IMG/VR virus record: IMGVR_UViG_3300048904_000123
Location: 960 to 64,959 of that record
DNA from: a virus
Length of the DNA stretch: 64,000 nucleotides
Strand: one strand, 5' to 3'
Part shown: positions 34,298 through 45,286 of the stretch, piece by piece
Position numbering within the stretch: the stretch's first letter is position 1
How the letters are laid out: every line of letters starts with the position of its first letter
Translations under genes and position numbers: made by a program
The notes under the pieces: generated by a model
Database searches by the model: none
Seen by the model: only the letters and a program-made list of their open reading frames with translations
Told to the model about the DNA's origin: nothing

Positions 34298-37200
34298 CTA
34301 CGTCGTTGCGACTCGAGCGGTCAGCTCTTCGTCGATGATCTGAATGTACGGGATGGAAAGATCGGCAAAGTCTGTAGGACCACCGTACCCAGCCACCCGC
34401 GTCGAGTCGATATTTCCAAGTGATACCAGCACTACGTCACCGAATGGAGACTTGATGTAGATGCTGTTGTACTGCGACGAGACAAGTTCAAAGAACTCCC
34501 GGTCACGTCGCGCCGTCGCTGGGTTGCGCAGATGAATCGCCAGCGTACCCGAGTAGCCCAGGTCGTCACCGATCTGAACCTGCCGTCCGCGACCGACGAC
34601 GTGGATCGTCTCTTGCTCAACCTCTCGCGAGAAGTTATCTCCCGTGACGTTGGATGCTTCAAAGCTTGCGATGCCACCCAGGAGAACCTGGGGGACAAAG
34701 TAATAACGCTGCGACGTTAGTGTCACCGTCTGGAAGCTAGCGACATCCGACTCGATGAGTGATCCGAATCGGTCAGCCACCTGCACAACGACGTAGTCTG
34801 CAGCGATGTTCACTGGTGCGAGGTAGTCGTCGTACGAGTAGCTCGTCGCGTCATCCGAGGTCTCGAACAGCAGGTACCAGGTGTGCGCACTGTCGTAGAT
34901 ATCCAGGGCCGAGATTGAAGTCTTCATATACCGCCGGTATACCCGGTACGCAACGAAGTCTGAATCCTGACCCGTGCTCGTCCACGACACGTTCACCTTG
35001 AAGTCACTAGGTACTGTGACACTCAAGCCAGACGCAGGTGCGGGCGGCGTCCAGGTTGTCGAGAAGTACTGCGTCGCCTCATCGATCAGGCCCGCCGTAT
35101 CCTGTACCTGGACTGTCACGCCGTACTGGTGACCATTGACAAGAACCTGCGTCGTCGGCGTGTAGGCGATACTATCACCCGCAAGCCAATAGCTGTCAAG
35201 CAACATGTTGGATGCTGCTGCCGACGGAAGGTGCAGTGACAACTGATCGATGTAGGCAGTATCGCCGACGCCAGGTGTCGAGACAACTCCCGCGAAGATC
35301 GAGGCGAACGCAGCGCCAACCGGTGCCGTGAACGTGCCCGACAGGTACTGCCAGGTGTTCGCCAACGGTGTAGCCGTGGTCGAGCTACTGGAGATGAACG
35401 TCATGCTCGAGTCGTACCAGCCGACGCCGAGGATGATAGGCTTGTTGACTGTCGTTGGGTTAATCCACCCCTCAACAGCGTACGCCTGGCCTGGCGTAGT
35501 CGCTGGTCGCTGAGCCGAGGACAGCTCAACCTGCGATGCAGCCGAGGTTCCATCGGGAGTCACCACACACGAGAACGATCCGCTCTTCGCCTTGACGCTC
35601 GACTGTGCAATCGTTCCACCTGCGCTGACGTTCCACCCTGTCGTGCCGGTCTCGAACGAGTAGTTGGTCAGCAGGTTGGGCGTCGTGTTGTCGAAGACAG
35701 TTACACGATACGCCTTCTGTGCGCGACCACCGTTGCCCGAGAACGTCCAGGTAAAAGTCGGCAGCGCCGAGTTGACCGGGGTGATCCCGTCAGGGTAAAC
35801 GATCTGCACGTCAGGGATCTGACCGATAGCAAACTCGATCGCAGTGCTCGCCGGACCCGTGACAGCGTCGGCATCCTTCAACTGTACCGACCAGTCGAGC
35901 GGAGCATCCATCAAACCCAGCGACACCGGGTCGATCGAGACTGTCACCGAAGTTGCACTCGATGCCACGAAGCCAGTGTCAACGATGCTGGCAAACGTAT
36001 CACGGCGACGCACGATCAGGCGATACGCTGTCTGCGTATCTGTCGGCTCAGTGTCGCTCCGTGTCCACGAGAACGAGTAGTTGTTACTCGAGGAGTATGG
36101 AACGATGCTGGATGCCGTCGGAAAGATCGGTGTCGCAGATGGTGGGTGGCTGACGGAGAACACCGTTGTGCTCGACCACGCACCCGGGGTGTCCTTGTCC
36201 GACACCACTCGGGCTCGCCAGTACCACGCACCCTGCGTCAGTGCAGCCGCCGCGTTCGGGGTCGCAACTGACACCTGCTTGCCCCCACCGGACAGACCGT
36301 CGGTGCTGCCGAAGTACTGCAGCGCACTGTCAGGCTGAATGATGTCCTTCAGCGAGGCGGTGAACGTGCTGTTCGTAGCGACGTTGATCTCAATCTTGCC
36401 GTACAGGTTCGGCTGCAGGTTGGCGTTGTCAACTCGCACACGGTACGTCGGACGGCTCGTCGGCTCGACAGCGTACGGTGACAGGGGCACCGGTGCGTCG
36501 AACGTATCCTCCGAGACGAACCGAAGAACACGCGGCACTGATGTCGAGACCGTGTTGCCTGCCGGTCCATAGATGGCCAACCAGTCGTAGTATTTCAGGC
36601 CCGCACCGACGCGCCTGTTGTCCCCACCGTAGATTGCTATCGGACCACCGTTGCCGTAAAAGGCGCTGTCGGATGGCCGGGGAACGGCGTCAACGACCGC
36701 CGTCGCATACGACGATGACGGGGAGGGGAACGTCATGGAGACTTCCCGAACGATCCTTGGCGACGACCCGGTACCGATACCTGCGAACCCAAAGAGCAGC
36801 CGGTTGTCCTTGTACGTCGCGGACCAGTAGGTGCGTCCGTTGTACGACGGATCAATCTTGAAGTAGTTGGACAGTGAGATGGTACTCACGTATCCAGCCT
36901 TCGTAATGATGCTCGGTGTTGACTGGTTGCCGGACGTGAGCTTGATCGCGAAAAAGTTGGGGATGCCTGCGCCGACGACTCCAGCAATCAGGTACCGCGT
37001 CGCATCGATGGTGAACAGCATAGCTCGGCGTGTGCCAGCCGCTTGGTTCTTGTTGAGCGACGTGTACCAACTGCCCAGCAGCGTAGCCGAGTTGAGCGTA
37101 CCCGTCGAGACGTTATAACTGTACTCTTCGAGTTGATCGCCCGAGTCCGTGGTGTTCAAGGTCTTGGTTCCGTAGATCAAGAACTTGATTACGTTCGAGA

Positions 37201-37834
37201 CGACACCGCCGCCCTGGATGGCGACACTTACATCCTCGCTACCGGCACGCACGAACAGTCCAGAGCCCACGAGGTTGCGGGTCATCGACCTCACCCACGT
37301 GCCCGAGTTGTTACGCACGTAGACCTTGAGGTCTGCGCCAGCTCCGGTGGATGCCTGCATGTCGTAGACTGCAACAGCCGCCGTAGCGGTTCCGGTCAGA
37401 TCAATATCGATCGACCGGAACCGCTGGCTGATGGACCCCGACGCCTGCACTACCTCGTTCGCGACGAACGTCAAGGCGCCGGCCGAGTAAGACCAGCGGG
37501 TGACGTTGAGGCTCCAGTCCACACCCTGCCATGCGACCCAGACGGAGTTGTCCGAGGCGACCGACATGCTGGCGATCGCGTTGACCGTGGCCGAGGCCGG
37601 CGCAACAGTCGGCGCGTACGAGGCCGCCAGCGTGAAGGTCGTTCTGCTTGCGTCGTTGGAAACGTACAGGTGAATCTTTGCGACGCCAGTGACGTCCGTG
37701 CCGCTGGACGCAGCCAGGTTGGTGTCGATGACCATCGAGACAGTCCGACCGTCTGACAGCGTTGCAATGGCACGCTTGATGACGGGCGCGAACTGCGCCG
37801 TCGTCCCCACCTGCCTTAGCTGCGTACCCGCCAT
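34298..37834 (-). CDS. Large minor tail (distal tail/baseplate) protein with FN3-like and carbohydrate-binding-like domains
   Basis: Follows the tape measure; FSWTRSD..DTQTAY FN3-like; NLLTNYSFETGTTGW CBM4_9-like. Confidence 0.75.
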   Translation of the reverse strand: MAGTQLRQVGTTAQFAPVIKRAIATLSDGRTVSMVIDTNLAASSGTDVTGVAKIHLYVSNDASRTTFTLAASYAPTVAPASATVNAIASMSVASDNSVWVAWQGVDWSLNVTRWSYSAGALTFVANEVVQASGSISQRFRSIDIDLTGTATAAVAVYDMQASTGAGADLKVYVRNNSGTWVRSMTRNLVGSGLFVRAGSEDVSVAIQGGGVVSNVIKFLIYGTKTLNTTDSGDQLEEYSYNVSTGTLNSATLLGSWYTSLNKNQAAGTRRAMLFTIDATRYLIAGVVGAGIPNFFAIKLTSGNQSTPSIITKAGYVSTISLSNYFKIDPSYNGRTYWSATYKDNRLLFGFAGIGTGSSPRIVREVSMTFPSPSSSYATAVVDAVPRPSDSAFYGNGGPIAIYGGDNRRVGAGLKYYDWLAIYGPAGNTVSTSVPRVLRFVSEDTFDAPVPLSPYAVEPTSRPTYRVRVDNANLQPNLYGKIEINVATNSTFTASLKDIIQPDSALQYFGSTDGLSGGGKQVSVATPNAAAALTQGAWYWRARVVSDKDTPGAWSSTTVFSVSHPPSATPIFPTASSIVPYSSSNNYSFSWTRSDTEPTDTQTAYRLIVRRRDTFASIVDTGFVASSATSVTVSIDPVSLGLMDAPLDWSVQLKDADAVTGPASTAIEFAIGQIPDVQIVYPDGITPVNSALPTFTWTFSGNGGRAQKAYRVTVFDNTTPNLLTNYSFETGTTGWNVSAGGTIAQSSVKAKSGSFSCVVTPDGTSAASQVELSSAQRPATTPGQAYAVEGWINPTTVNKPIILGVGWYDSSMTFISSSSTTATPLANTWQYLSGTFTAPVGAAFASIFAGVVSTPGVGDTAYIDQLSLHLPSAAASNMLLDSYWLAGDSIAYTPTTQVLVNGHQYGVTVQVQDTAGLIDEATQYFSTTWTPPAPASGLSVTVPSDFKVNVSWTSTGQDSDFVAYRVYRRYMKTSISALDIYDSAHTWYLLFETSDDATSYSYDDYLAPVNIAADYVVVQVADRFGSLIESDVASFQTVTLTSQRYYFVPQVLLGGIASFEASNVTGDNFSREVEQETIHVVGRGRQVQIGDDLGYSGTLAIHLRNPATARRDREFFELVSSQYNSIYIKSPFGDVVLVSLGNIDSTRVAGYGGPTDFADLSIPYIQIIDEELTARVATT

Positions 37835-37837
37835 TGT

Positions 37838-40800
37838 TTATCCCTTGACTAGTGCTTCGAGGTTGAGCAGGAACTCTTCTGCATCCGTGCCGTTCTGGAT
37901 GTTCGGGAACGACAAGTCGCCGGTGAACGTGTAGCTGTTTCCTCCACCAGCCTGGCCGTTGTTGTTGTAGGCAGTCTGGCGGTTCTGTCCGGCGATCGTT
38001 GCCTGGGTAGTGTATTGCTTGTTCAGTGCATTGTCAAGCTGGTTGCTGGCAGCCAATGTGTTAGCGATCTGTGTAGCGACGCCGGACAGCCAACCCTCAA
38101 CTCCACCCCAGTTCTTCTGCAACCCAGTACCGAGGCCGTCCATGATGGCTCCGCCTTCAGGAACCAGGAGCACCCGGTCCTTTTCGATCGGGCCCTTCAG
38201 GTCTTTGATCTTCTGGCCTACACCACCGAGCCAGCTGGCCACGTCGTTCCAGGCATCCTTCAAGCCGTTCAACAGGGACGACATGATCGACCGGCCGATG
38301 TTCGTCAAGAGGTTGGTCAGGCTCCCGACCTTGCCCTTGATGCGATCACCCATACCGGCCAGCCAGTCGCCCACGCTGTTCCAGCCATTGACGAAGCTGT
38401 TCTTGAATCCCGACATAGCTTCCGATGCGCGCGATCCAAGCTTGCCCGCCATGCCGGACACCTTGTTGTATGCAGACTGGGCAAGGCCACCGAGCCAGTC
38501 TCCGATGATTCCCCATCCAGCCTTGGAGTTGGAAAGGAAGTTCGTGAATGCTTCGGTTGCTCGGCTAGCCGTCTTAGTTACGAACGACGACAGCTTGTTC
38601 CACATATCCTGAGCCAGTGTGCTGACCCAAGACACGAACGTCGCCCAGCCTTTCTTGCCTGCATCCAAGGCGCCGGTGAATGCCGTGACGATTCGGTCGA
38701 TGATCTTCGCGCCAAGACTTACCAGAGCATCCCAAGCCTTCTGGGGTAGCGTGGCAATCCACACGATGATCTCAGTCACCATGTCCGGCACGATGCTGTG
38801 CCCAACCAACTCGTCATACAGCTGCGTGAAGAATCCGATGAACCCGGAGATGAATCCTCCGATGATTCCGAGAACCGCCTTCACGGCGTTGCTCAGGATT
38901 CCCGAGATAGCTGTCCAGATTCCACCGAAGATATCAACGATACCCTGCCACGCCAGCTTCCAGTTACCTGTGAAGATGCCCGTGATGAACTCGATGATGC
39001 CTCGGATAACCTTGATGATGCCTTCGATCAGGGACGTGATGATCCCAATGATCGGACCGATGCCGTTAGCGATGGCTCGGATCAGACCCTTCAAGACTGC
39101 AAGGATCAGGGCTAGCACAACGGTAAGGATCGGCTTCAAGAAGTCGAACAGGTTCTTCAGCATCTGACCAACGGGTCCGACCAAATCCCTGAACTTTGCA
39201 AGCTCGGGCTGGATCTGCTGGAACCCCTTGACGAACGCATCCCTGATGGACTTGATGAGGCTCATCACCTCGGGACCGAGGTACTTCCAAATCATCTTGC
39301 CAGTGCTCTCGATCCATCCGCCGATATCCTTCAGCGTAGAGATCCAGGTCCCGGCACCCTTGAACAGGTCAAGTGTGCCGAACGCTCCACTGACAGACGA
39401 TCCGAATGCACTGAATGCAGGACCGATGTTCGACTTCACCCAGCCCCAGGCGGTGTTCCAACCCTTCTTGATCGGGTCGAGGAAGTTGAAGATGCCGAAC
39501 ATCTTCGCTGTCTTCGCCGCCATCTCCTTGGTGAAGTCATCGATCATCTTCGACTGATCTTCAAGTCCTCCTTCCCGACCAATCTGTGCGAACCCGCCTG
39601 GGTCAGGGAAGTTGCCACCAGCCGCAGCCTTGAAGTTCTCTGCACCTGGCGTTAGCGATCCACCCGCCCCGCCGTTCTTTGCTTTGTTGATTGTATCTGC
39701 CGCCGACCCCATGTCCTTCAGGGCCTGCTCAATGTCACTGATCTGTTGCGAGTATGCATCGTACTGCTTCTGAAGCTTGTCGAGGCCCTTCGACTGCACG
39801 TCGTACAGCGATTGTACCGCATCACGCTGCGCAGTGTACTGATCGACTACCTTCTGCTGCTTGTCGACTGCTGCCTGCGCATCGTTGTACGACTTAGTAA
39901 GGTCGTCAACCTTCGCCTTATTCTCGGTGATACCCTTCATGATTTCGTCGAAGGGCAACTCCTGCATTGCCTGTGTTGCGTCCTGGATCTGCTTGGTCAA
40001 CGGATCAAACGCGAGCGACTGCTCCAGATCAAGCTCATCGGCCTGGTGGCCGAGGTCGGCGATCTGATCACTGAGATCCTGGATCGGAGCGATCTGTGCG
40101 TTGATCGCATCCTGCTGATCCTCGAGTGCCTTGATCTGATCGTCATACTGCCCGAGGATTTCGCTGCCTGCACCTGCGTTACGCAGGTCAGTCTGCGTTC
40201 CCTTAAGCAGTTCGATCTGACCGTTGATCGCTTCGATGCGCGACTGGAGTTTATCCAGCGGACCGACTGCATCTTCCATCTTCATCATCTGCAGCTGCAA
40301 TGCTTTCTGCTGCATCTGGTTGTCGAAGATGGCGTCGGACATCGCCTTCATTCCCTTGATGGGAGCGTTGGTGAATCCGTCGAGTGCAGTCTGCGCTGCC
40401 TCCATCTGATCCTTGTATCCGTCGGCAACCTTGCTCAGGCTGTCCAGGATCTTCTGCTGCGCATCCAGTGCATCATTGGCCGCGTCGAGCTTGTCCTTCA
40501 ATGCTGCAACCGCTGCCGCCTGCGCATCGAGCGCAGGCTTGATGCTTGCAAGATCAGCCTTCAGCGTAGGCAGGATCTTGATGAGCCTGTCGTAGCTAGC
40601 CAGTGCGCCCGGGTCTACAGCCTTGATGTTCTTGCGCATGTCAGCGTAATCGGACATGTCGGCCTGCTGCTGCAAGAGCGCAAGTGCCTTACCGAAACGC
40701 TGCATGTCATTGTATGCAGACTTGAACACCGCACCGAACCCGGCAGCGCGCTTGAACTGACGCTCCACCTCATCCATGCCGGTGGTCACATTTTCCACCA

Positions 40801-42904
40801 GCGAAGGCGAGTGGTGCGCCCACGGGTTCAGGTAGCTGAACAGCTTATAAACAGCCATCACCGCAGACTTCACGATGTTGACAACTGCCATCATCGCACC
40901 CTGGATACCCTGAGGAAGAGCGTTGAAGGCGTTGATCGTACCGCGAACTACGGCGGACCAGATCTTCTTCAGGTCACCCCAGAACGCTACCACGAGGACA
41001 ATGACTGCCGTGATAGCAATACCCCACGGACCAGTCAGTGCATCCAGTGTAGCCAGGCTCGCAGCCCGCATCACTGGAATGAACCTCATAAACAGCGCAC
41101 CGATGCCGGACAGTCCAACCGTGACGATCTTGCCAATGCTGGAGAAAGCACCCGACCACGAGATCGACATGAGTGCAGACCATGCGCCCTGCAGTGCGGC
41201 AATGGCCGCGAGTCCTGCACGCCACGCGATGCCAATGCCTCGCACCCCGATCAGTACAGCAGCCTGGATTCCCTTGAGTCCACTCGTGAAGATGAACTCA
41301 AGTCCGTACCAGATGCCGACGGCAACACTCTGCAGCATACCAAGGCCACTGTAGAATGCAAGGCCGGCGTACTTGGCGCCTACCAGCATTACAGTCTGAA
41401 GTCCGGACATGGCAGCCTTAGCTCCCGTGACGAGCCATCCCAGAGACAGGATTACTCCACGGACCATGTTGCCAATGCTCGTCAGCAGCCACGTGACCGG
41501 CGTCTTGAGTAGGAAGCTCAGCGCGGTTCCGGCAAGCTTGATGGGCGCGGCGAGCAGCATGAACAGCTTCCCGAGTTGGGAAACCATAACAATGCTTGCA
41601 CCAAAGATCCGAACAATCGGACCGATGACTGCCAGGAAGGTCAGCAGACCAAGCGTTGCGACCTGGACCGGCTGCGGCAAGCCAGTGAACGCGGTCACCA
41701 TCTTCTGAATACCCTGAGCCAACCAAAGCACCAGGGGAATCATAGGAGTGATTACGTCGGCAGCAGCGTTCTGCAGCATCGTCCAAATGATCTGAAGTCG
41801 TCGCGGGTTCGACTGAAGAACCGCGGTCAACTCCTTGTTCATCTGGTTGAATACGTCAGTGTCGTGCGCCGTGGCCTGCAGTGACTTCTGGTAATACCCG
41901 TTCGTGTTGATCAGGTCCCGCATTAGGACTTCGAACTTGTTGACCTGCCACCGGCTAGCAGCGACAGAGCTGACGACACCCTTCTGGGAATCGGACAGGC
42001 CCTGGAACTTCTTTGCCATAACGATCAGGCGGTCGGTCATCGTCGCGGACTTCCACGACGTATCCGAAATCTTGATGCCCATCAGGCCGAGGACCTGAGT
42101 AGTTTCCTTGGTGGGCGAGATCAATCGCGAGAAGATAGTCTTCAGTGCATTACCGGCTGCGGCTGCAGATCCCGTGGCGGGCGTCAACGCCGCCAGCATT
42201 GCTGCTAGGTGGCGGACATCCACGCCGGTAGATCGAGCGACACCAGCTGACTTCTCGAAACCTTGGACCAAGCCCTCGAGGGAGATGCCGGTCTGGTTCT
42301 CCACCATGTTGAGGACGGCGATGGTCTTGGTAAGATCAGCGACACCGAAGCCGTACTGAGCCTGGATCGAGATGAGCGCCTTGGTGGCGTCACTCGCACT
42401 CATCTCGCCAAGGATCATGGTCTGCATGGTGAGGTCAACCGACTTGGCAAGTGCGATACCGGATGCACCTGCCGCCGCCCAGTCGGCTGCTACGTTGAGT
42501 GTCTCAGCCTGGTTGACGCCGTAGGTGTTCGACAGCTGCTCGAAGGTACCCTGAAGGGCACTAATCTCCTTCGAGTAGAACTGCGCGCCGTGGGTCGCGT
42601 CACCGTACACCTTGGTGATGCGGGTGAAGGCTGCCTCGTTATCGAGAGCCATCTTCCCTGCCGCTGTCCCCGCGGCTACCAAGGGTAGTGTGAAGTTATA
42701 CTCTAGTTGTCGGCCAGCCCACTGCACCTTGCTGCCGAAGGCGTCGAGTCCCATGCCGCCCATGATCTTACTGAACGACGAACCCGAGGAGCCAGCCTTG
42801 CCGAACGATCCAGACAGAGCGTTCAACTTAGCCTGCATGGCTTGCAGTTGAGCTTGCGCCTGCGCAGCCATGATCTTGACTTGGATGTTGACAAAACTGT
42901 TCAC
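37838..42904 (-). CDS. Tape measure protein (TP901-like core)
   Basis: 1688 aa, A/G-rich helical, TM and coiled-coil segments; follows the tail chaperones. Confidence 0.92.
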   Translation of the reverse strand: MNSFVNIQVKIMAAQAQAQLQAMQAKLNALSGSFGKAGSSGSSFSKIMGGMGLDAFGSKVQWAGRQLEYNFTLPLVAAGTAAGKMALDNEAAFTRITKVYGDATHGAQFYSKEISALQGTFEQLSNTYGVNQAETLNVAADWAAAGASGIALAKSVDLTMQTMILGEMSASDATKALISIQAQYGFGVADLTKTIAVLNMVENQTGISLEGLVQGFEKSAGVARSTGVDVRHLAAMLAALTPATGSAAAAGNALKTIFSRLISPTKETTQVLGLMGIKISDTSWKSATMTDRLIVMAKKFQGLSDSQKGVVSSVAASRWQVNKFEVLMRDLINTNGYYQKSLQATAHDTDVFNQMNKELTAVLQSNPRRLQIIWTMLQNAAADVITPMIPLVLWLAQGIQKMVTAFTGLPQPVQVATLGLLTFLAVIGPIVRIFGASIVMVSQLGKLFMLLAAPIKLAGTALSFLLKTPVTWLLTSIGNMVRGVILSLGWLVTGAKAAMSGLQTVMLVGAKYAGLAFYSGLGMLQSVAVGIWYGLEFIFTSGLKGIQAAVLIGVRGIGIAWRAGLAAIAALQGAWSALMSISWSGAFSSIGKIVTVGLSGIGALFMRFIPVMRAASLATLDALTGPWGIAITAVIVLVVAFWGDLKKIWSAVVRGTINAFNALPQGIQGAMMAVVNIVKSAVMAVYKLFSYLNPWAHHSPSLVENVTTGMDEVERQFKRAAGFGAVFKSAYNDMQRFGKALALLQQQADMSDYADMRKNIKAVDPGALASYDRLIKILPTLKADLASIKPALDAQAAAVAALKDKLDAANDALDAQQKILDSLSKVADGYKDQMEAAQTALDGFTNAPIKGMKAMSDAIFDNQMQQKALQLQMMKMEDAVGPLDKLQSRIEAINGQIELLKGTQTDLRNAGAGSEILGQYDDQIKALEDQQDAINAQIAPIQDLSDQIADLGHQADELDLEQSLAFDPLTKQIQDATQAMQELPFDEIMKGITENKAKVDDLTKSYNDAQAAVDKQQKVVDQYTAQRDAVQSLYDVQSKGLDKLQKQYDAYSQQISDIEQALKDMGSAADTINKAKNGGAGGSLTPGAENFKAAAGGNFPDPGGFAQIGREGGLEDQSKMIDDFTKEMAAKTAKMFGIFNFLDPIKKGWNTAWGWVKSNIGPAFSAFGSSVSGAFGTLDLFKGAGTWISTLKDIGGWIESTGKMIWKYLGPEVMSLIKSIRDAFVKGFQQIQPELAKFRDLVGPVGQMLKNLFDFLKPILTVVLALILAVLKGLIRAIANGIGPIIGIITSLIEGIIKVIRGIIEFITGIFTGNWKLAWQGIVDIFGGIWTAISGILSNAVKAVLGIIGGFISGFIGFFTQLYDELVGHSIVPDMVTEIIVWIATLPQKAWDALVSLGAKIIDRIVTAFTGALDAGKKGWATFVSWVSTLAQDMWNKLSSFVTKTASRATEAFTNFLSNSKAGWGIIGDWLGGLAQSAYNKVSGMAGKLGSRASEAMSGFKNSFVNGWNSVGDWLAGMGDRIKGKVGSLTNLLTNIGRSIMSSLLNGLKDAWNDVASWLGGVGQKIKDLKGPIEKDRVLLVPEGGAIMDGLGTGLQKNWGGVEGWLSGVATQIANTLAASNQLDNALNKQYTTQATIAGQNRQTAYNNNGQAGGGNSYTFTGDLSFPNIQNGTDAEEFLLNLEALVKG

Positions 42905-42976
42905 GAGTCGGGGGCTTCCTGTGAGTCCCAGTATTACCTAATGGGCCTCAAGTGCCCGACACATACACCATACAGC

Positions 42977-43008
42977 GATGGCCCCGGAGCGTCAACTCCA
43001 GGGCCATC
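42977..43008 (-). terminator. Stem-loop between chaperone and tape measure genes
   Basis: GATGGCCC/GGGCCATC plus GGAG/CTCC. Confidence 0.45.
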
Positions 43009-43011
43009 CCA

Positions 43012-43293
43012 CTAATGCCGTCGTCCTCGCCGAGAACCTTCGCGCTTGCGTTTAGCTTCTTCTTGCCTACGCTTCGATTCTTCGGCTTCCTGTTTCCGAG
43101 CTTCTTCTTCGTCCATCTTCCTGAAGATGAACTCGAACTTGTCCAGTAGATCGGGGTCTTGGTCGTACAGGCCCCCGGCCACGGGGAGGTGATTCCACTT
43201 CATATTGCGACAGAGTGAAAACAATCTGATCGCATTATGCGGGCCGGTGACTGCTTCTCCCTTGACCCATGCTTCTACTTGGAGCTGAAATTT
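43012..43293 (-). CDS. Tail assembly chaperone frameshift extension (gpT-like)
   Basis: -1 frame KFQLQVEAW...LYDQDP entered at slippery A-AAT-TTC (plus strand 43287-43293). Confidence 0.8.
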   Translation of the reverse strand, partial: KFQLQVEAWVKGEAVTGPHNAIRLFSLCRNMKWNHLPVAGGLYDQDPDLLDKFEFIFRKMDEEEARKQEAEESKRRQEEAKRKREGSRRGRRH

Positions 43294-43847
43294 GCCTCTT
43301 CCGCCTCGCGCTTCTCGGCGGCGACGCGCAGCTCCTGAAGGTCCGCGATCTCCTTGTCGATCTGCTCGACCGTCATCTCGTTGAGCAGCCAGGGGTTGTA
43401 CTTGCGGATCGCCTTCTCGAGCGAACCCAGAAGCTCCGGGTTGGCCTTGTTGATCCACTGCCCGACCACACCGCCCTTGCCGCTGTTCGGGTTGAACGGA
43501 ACGAACTGGGGAGTGCCGGTCACGAAGCTCACGATCAGCCAGTCGGTGATCGACGCGAGCAGAAGCTCCATGCGGTCGCCACCCTGGTCGAACGGGATGC
43601 GCGCCTCGCCGGACTTCTGGTTGAGGTGCACGTCGGAACGCGTGGCCTTCAGGTACTTGGCCCGGTCGCCCTCGGTGAGCTTCTTGAACTCGATCCACTG
43701 CTTGCCGTCCGGGAAGTACCACTTCTCCTTCTCGTCGAAGGCGAAGTAGTTCTCGAACCCGTTGAACGGGTCGGCCGACTGGGCACCGGTGTTGATCTGG
43801 TCGGGTGCGACGTAGGAGTCGCCGCCGCCTGCGGAGATGGGCTGCAT
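43275..43847 (-). CDS. Tail assembly chaperone (gpG-like)
   Basis: Between tail tube and tape measure; X-XXY-YYZ heptamer near the 3' end. Confidence 0.85.
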   Translation of the reverse strand: MQPISAGGGDSYVAPDQINTGAQSADPFNGFENYFAFDEKEKWYFPDGKQWIEFKKLTEGDRAKYLKATRSDVHLNQKSGEARIPFDQGGDRMELLLASITDWLIVSFVTGTPQFVPFNPNSGKGGVVGQWINKANPELLGSLEKAIRKYNPWLLNEMTVEQIDKEIADLQELRVAAEKREAEEANFSSK

Positions 43848-43892
43848 GTCAGTAGGGCCTCTCGTGTCCTATGCGACTTTAACTTACAGGGT

Positions 43893-43929
43893 GCGGGGCC
43901 TGGCTCCGGACGCTAGAGCCAGGCCCCGC
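43893..43929 (-). terminator. Stem-loop after the major tail gene
   Basis: GCGGGGCCTGGCTC / GAGCCAGGCCCCGC perfect 14-bp stem. Confidence 0.75.
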
Positions 43930-43945
43930 CGTACTGTGGAAAGAA

Positions 43946-45286
43946 CTACGCGACGGTCGCGGCGTCCGTTGCGACCTCGACGTACATGATCTTCCGCGCG
44001 GCGTTCGGCCGGAGTGCCTGGAACTCCAGGTCCGACTCGATGATGTCGTCGCCCGACGCCTCGAGGGTGTAGGGCTTCAGTGCCACCTGCGGGAAGGTCA
44101 GCTCCATGGTGTACTTCAGGGTGCCGCCCGCGCCCGGGATGGGCTCGTAGGTAGACATCGTGATCACCAGGGGCTGCTTGGCGGACAGGCCGCCCGGCGT
44201 GACTGCGGCCGAGCTGCCGTACGCCGCCTGCCGCCACATGCTGCTGTCCTGCTCCCGGATCGTCGCACCGATCGTGATCTCGCGACGCTTCGGGGTCAGG
44301 TCTCCGATGAAGAAGCTTCCGAGCCGGAAGTCGTCGTCCTCGAAGTTGTTGTTGATGTCCACGCTGAACGACTTCGCCGGGAGGCTCACGCCGTTGTAGG
44401 TCAGGAAGATGTTCGTCCCGACCACCATGGGCAGGTTGTCGAAGGCCGAGGCGATGCCCGGCATCCCCGTGATTCCCGCCTGCTGCTGGCGTGCGATGAC
44501 ACCGGCCGTACCCATCAGGTACCCGTCGGCATCCGCCTCGAGGTGGAAGGTGTTGATGACCGCGTCGGTGTAGTTGAACGTCTCGAGCGACGCACCGATG
44601 CGCTCCTGGATCGCGAGGAACGGAAGCTGCGCCGCGTCACTCGGGATAAAGGTGTGCGTGTTCGCGCCGGTGTAGACGGTGCCCGTGGTGCTGATCGTCG
44701 GCGTCAGGGTCGGCGAGGTGCCACCCGTGAACGACGGAGTAACGGTGAACAGCGTGGTAGTGCCGACGAGCTTGCCGAAGAACTGGACCAGAATCGGAGC
44801 CGAGTTCAGCGGGCCGCCAGTGACATCCACCTCACCCTCGTCGATGTTCGACAGGGCCTCGAGGGCCGCTTCGACCTGGGCGGCCGTGGCGTTGTAGGGC
44901 AGCGCCGCGGTTGTCTGTGCCGCGTAGGTGATGGTGAACGTGCCACCCGTCGGCGCGCCGGTCAGCGTCAGCGTCTGAACGGAGTTCGTACCACCGGGAG
45001 TCTTGATGTACTTGATACCCAGCGCACCGTACAGGAGCGTGAGCATCGCGTTGAACCGACCGTAGAACTCCAGGTCGCCCGACCACGAGACCGCGCCGAG
45101 GTACGCGTCGTTGACGTCTCGACCGCCGCCGATCTCCGGGTCCGGGATCATCAGGTCACGGTTCGTGCCGATGCCGCCGGTCCGCAGCTTCATGCCGATG
45201 GCCGAGTTGTTGAAGCCTGCAGGGAAGGTTCCCGGCGTGGCCTGGGTCATGAATGCGACATAACCCGCTTGGGAACTCTGACCCAT
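43946..45286 (-). CDS. Major tail (tube) protein with an inserted ~100-aa module
   Basis: Position, strong codon bias, tube-like N- and C-terminal halves. Confidence 0.85.
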   Translation of the reverse strand: MGQSSQAGYVAFMTQATPGTFPAGFNNSAIGMKLRTGGIGTNRDLMIPDPEIGGGRDVNDAYLGAVSWSGDLEFYGRFNAMLTLLYGALGIKYIKTPGGTNSVQTLTLTGAPTGGTFTITYAAQTTAALPYNATAAQVEAALEALSNIDEGEVDVTGGPLNSAPILVQFFGKLVGTTTLFTVTPSFTGGTSPTLTPTISTTGTVYTGANTHTFIPSDAAQLPFLAIQERIGASLETFNYTDAVINTFHLEADADGYLMGTAGVIARQQQAGITGMPGIASAFDNLPMVVGTNIFLTYNGVSLPAKSFSVDINNNFEDDDFRLGSFFIGDLTPKRREITIGATIREQDSSMWRQAAYGSSAAVTPGGLSAKQPLVITMSTYEPIPGAGGTLKYTMELTFPQVALKPYTLEASGDDIIESDLEFQALRPNAARKIMYVEVATDAATVA

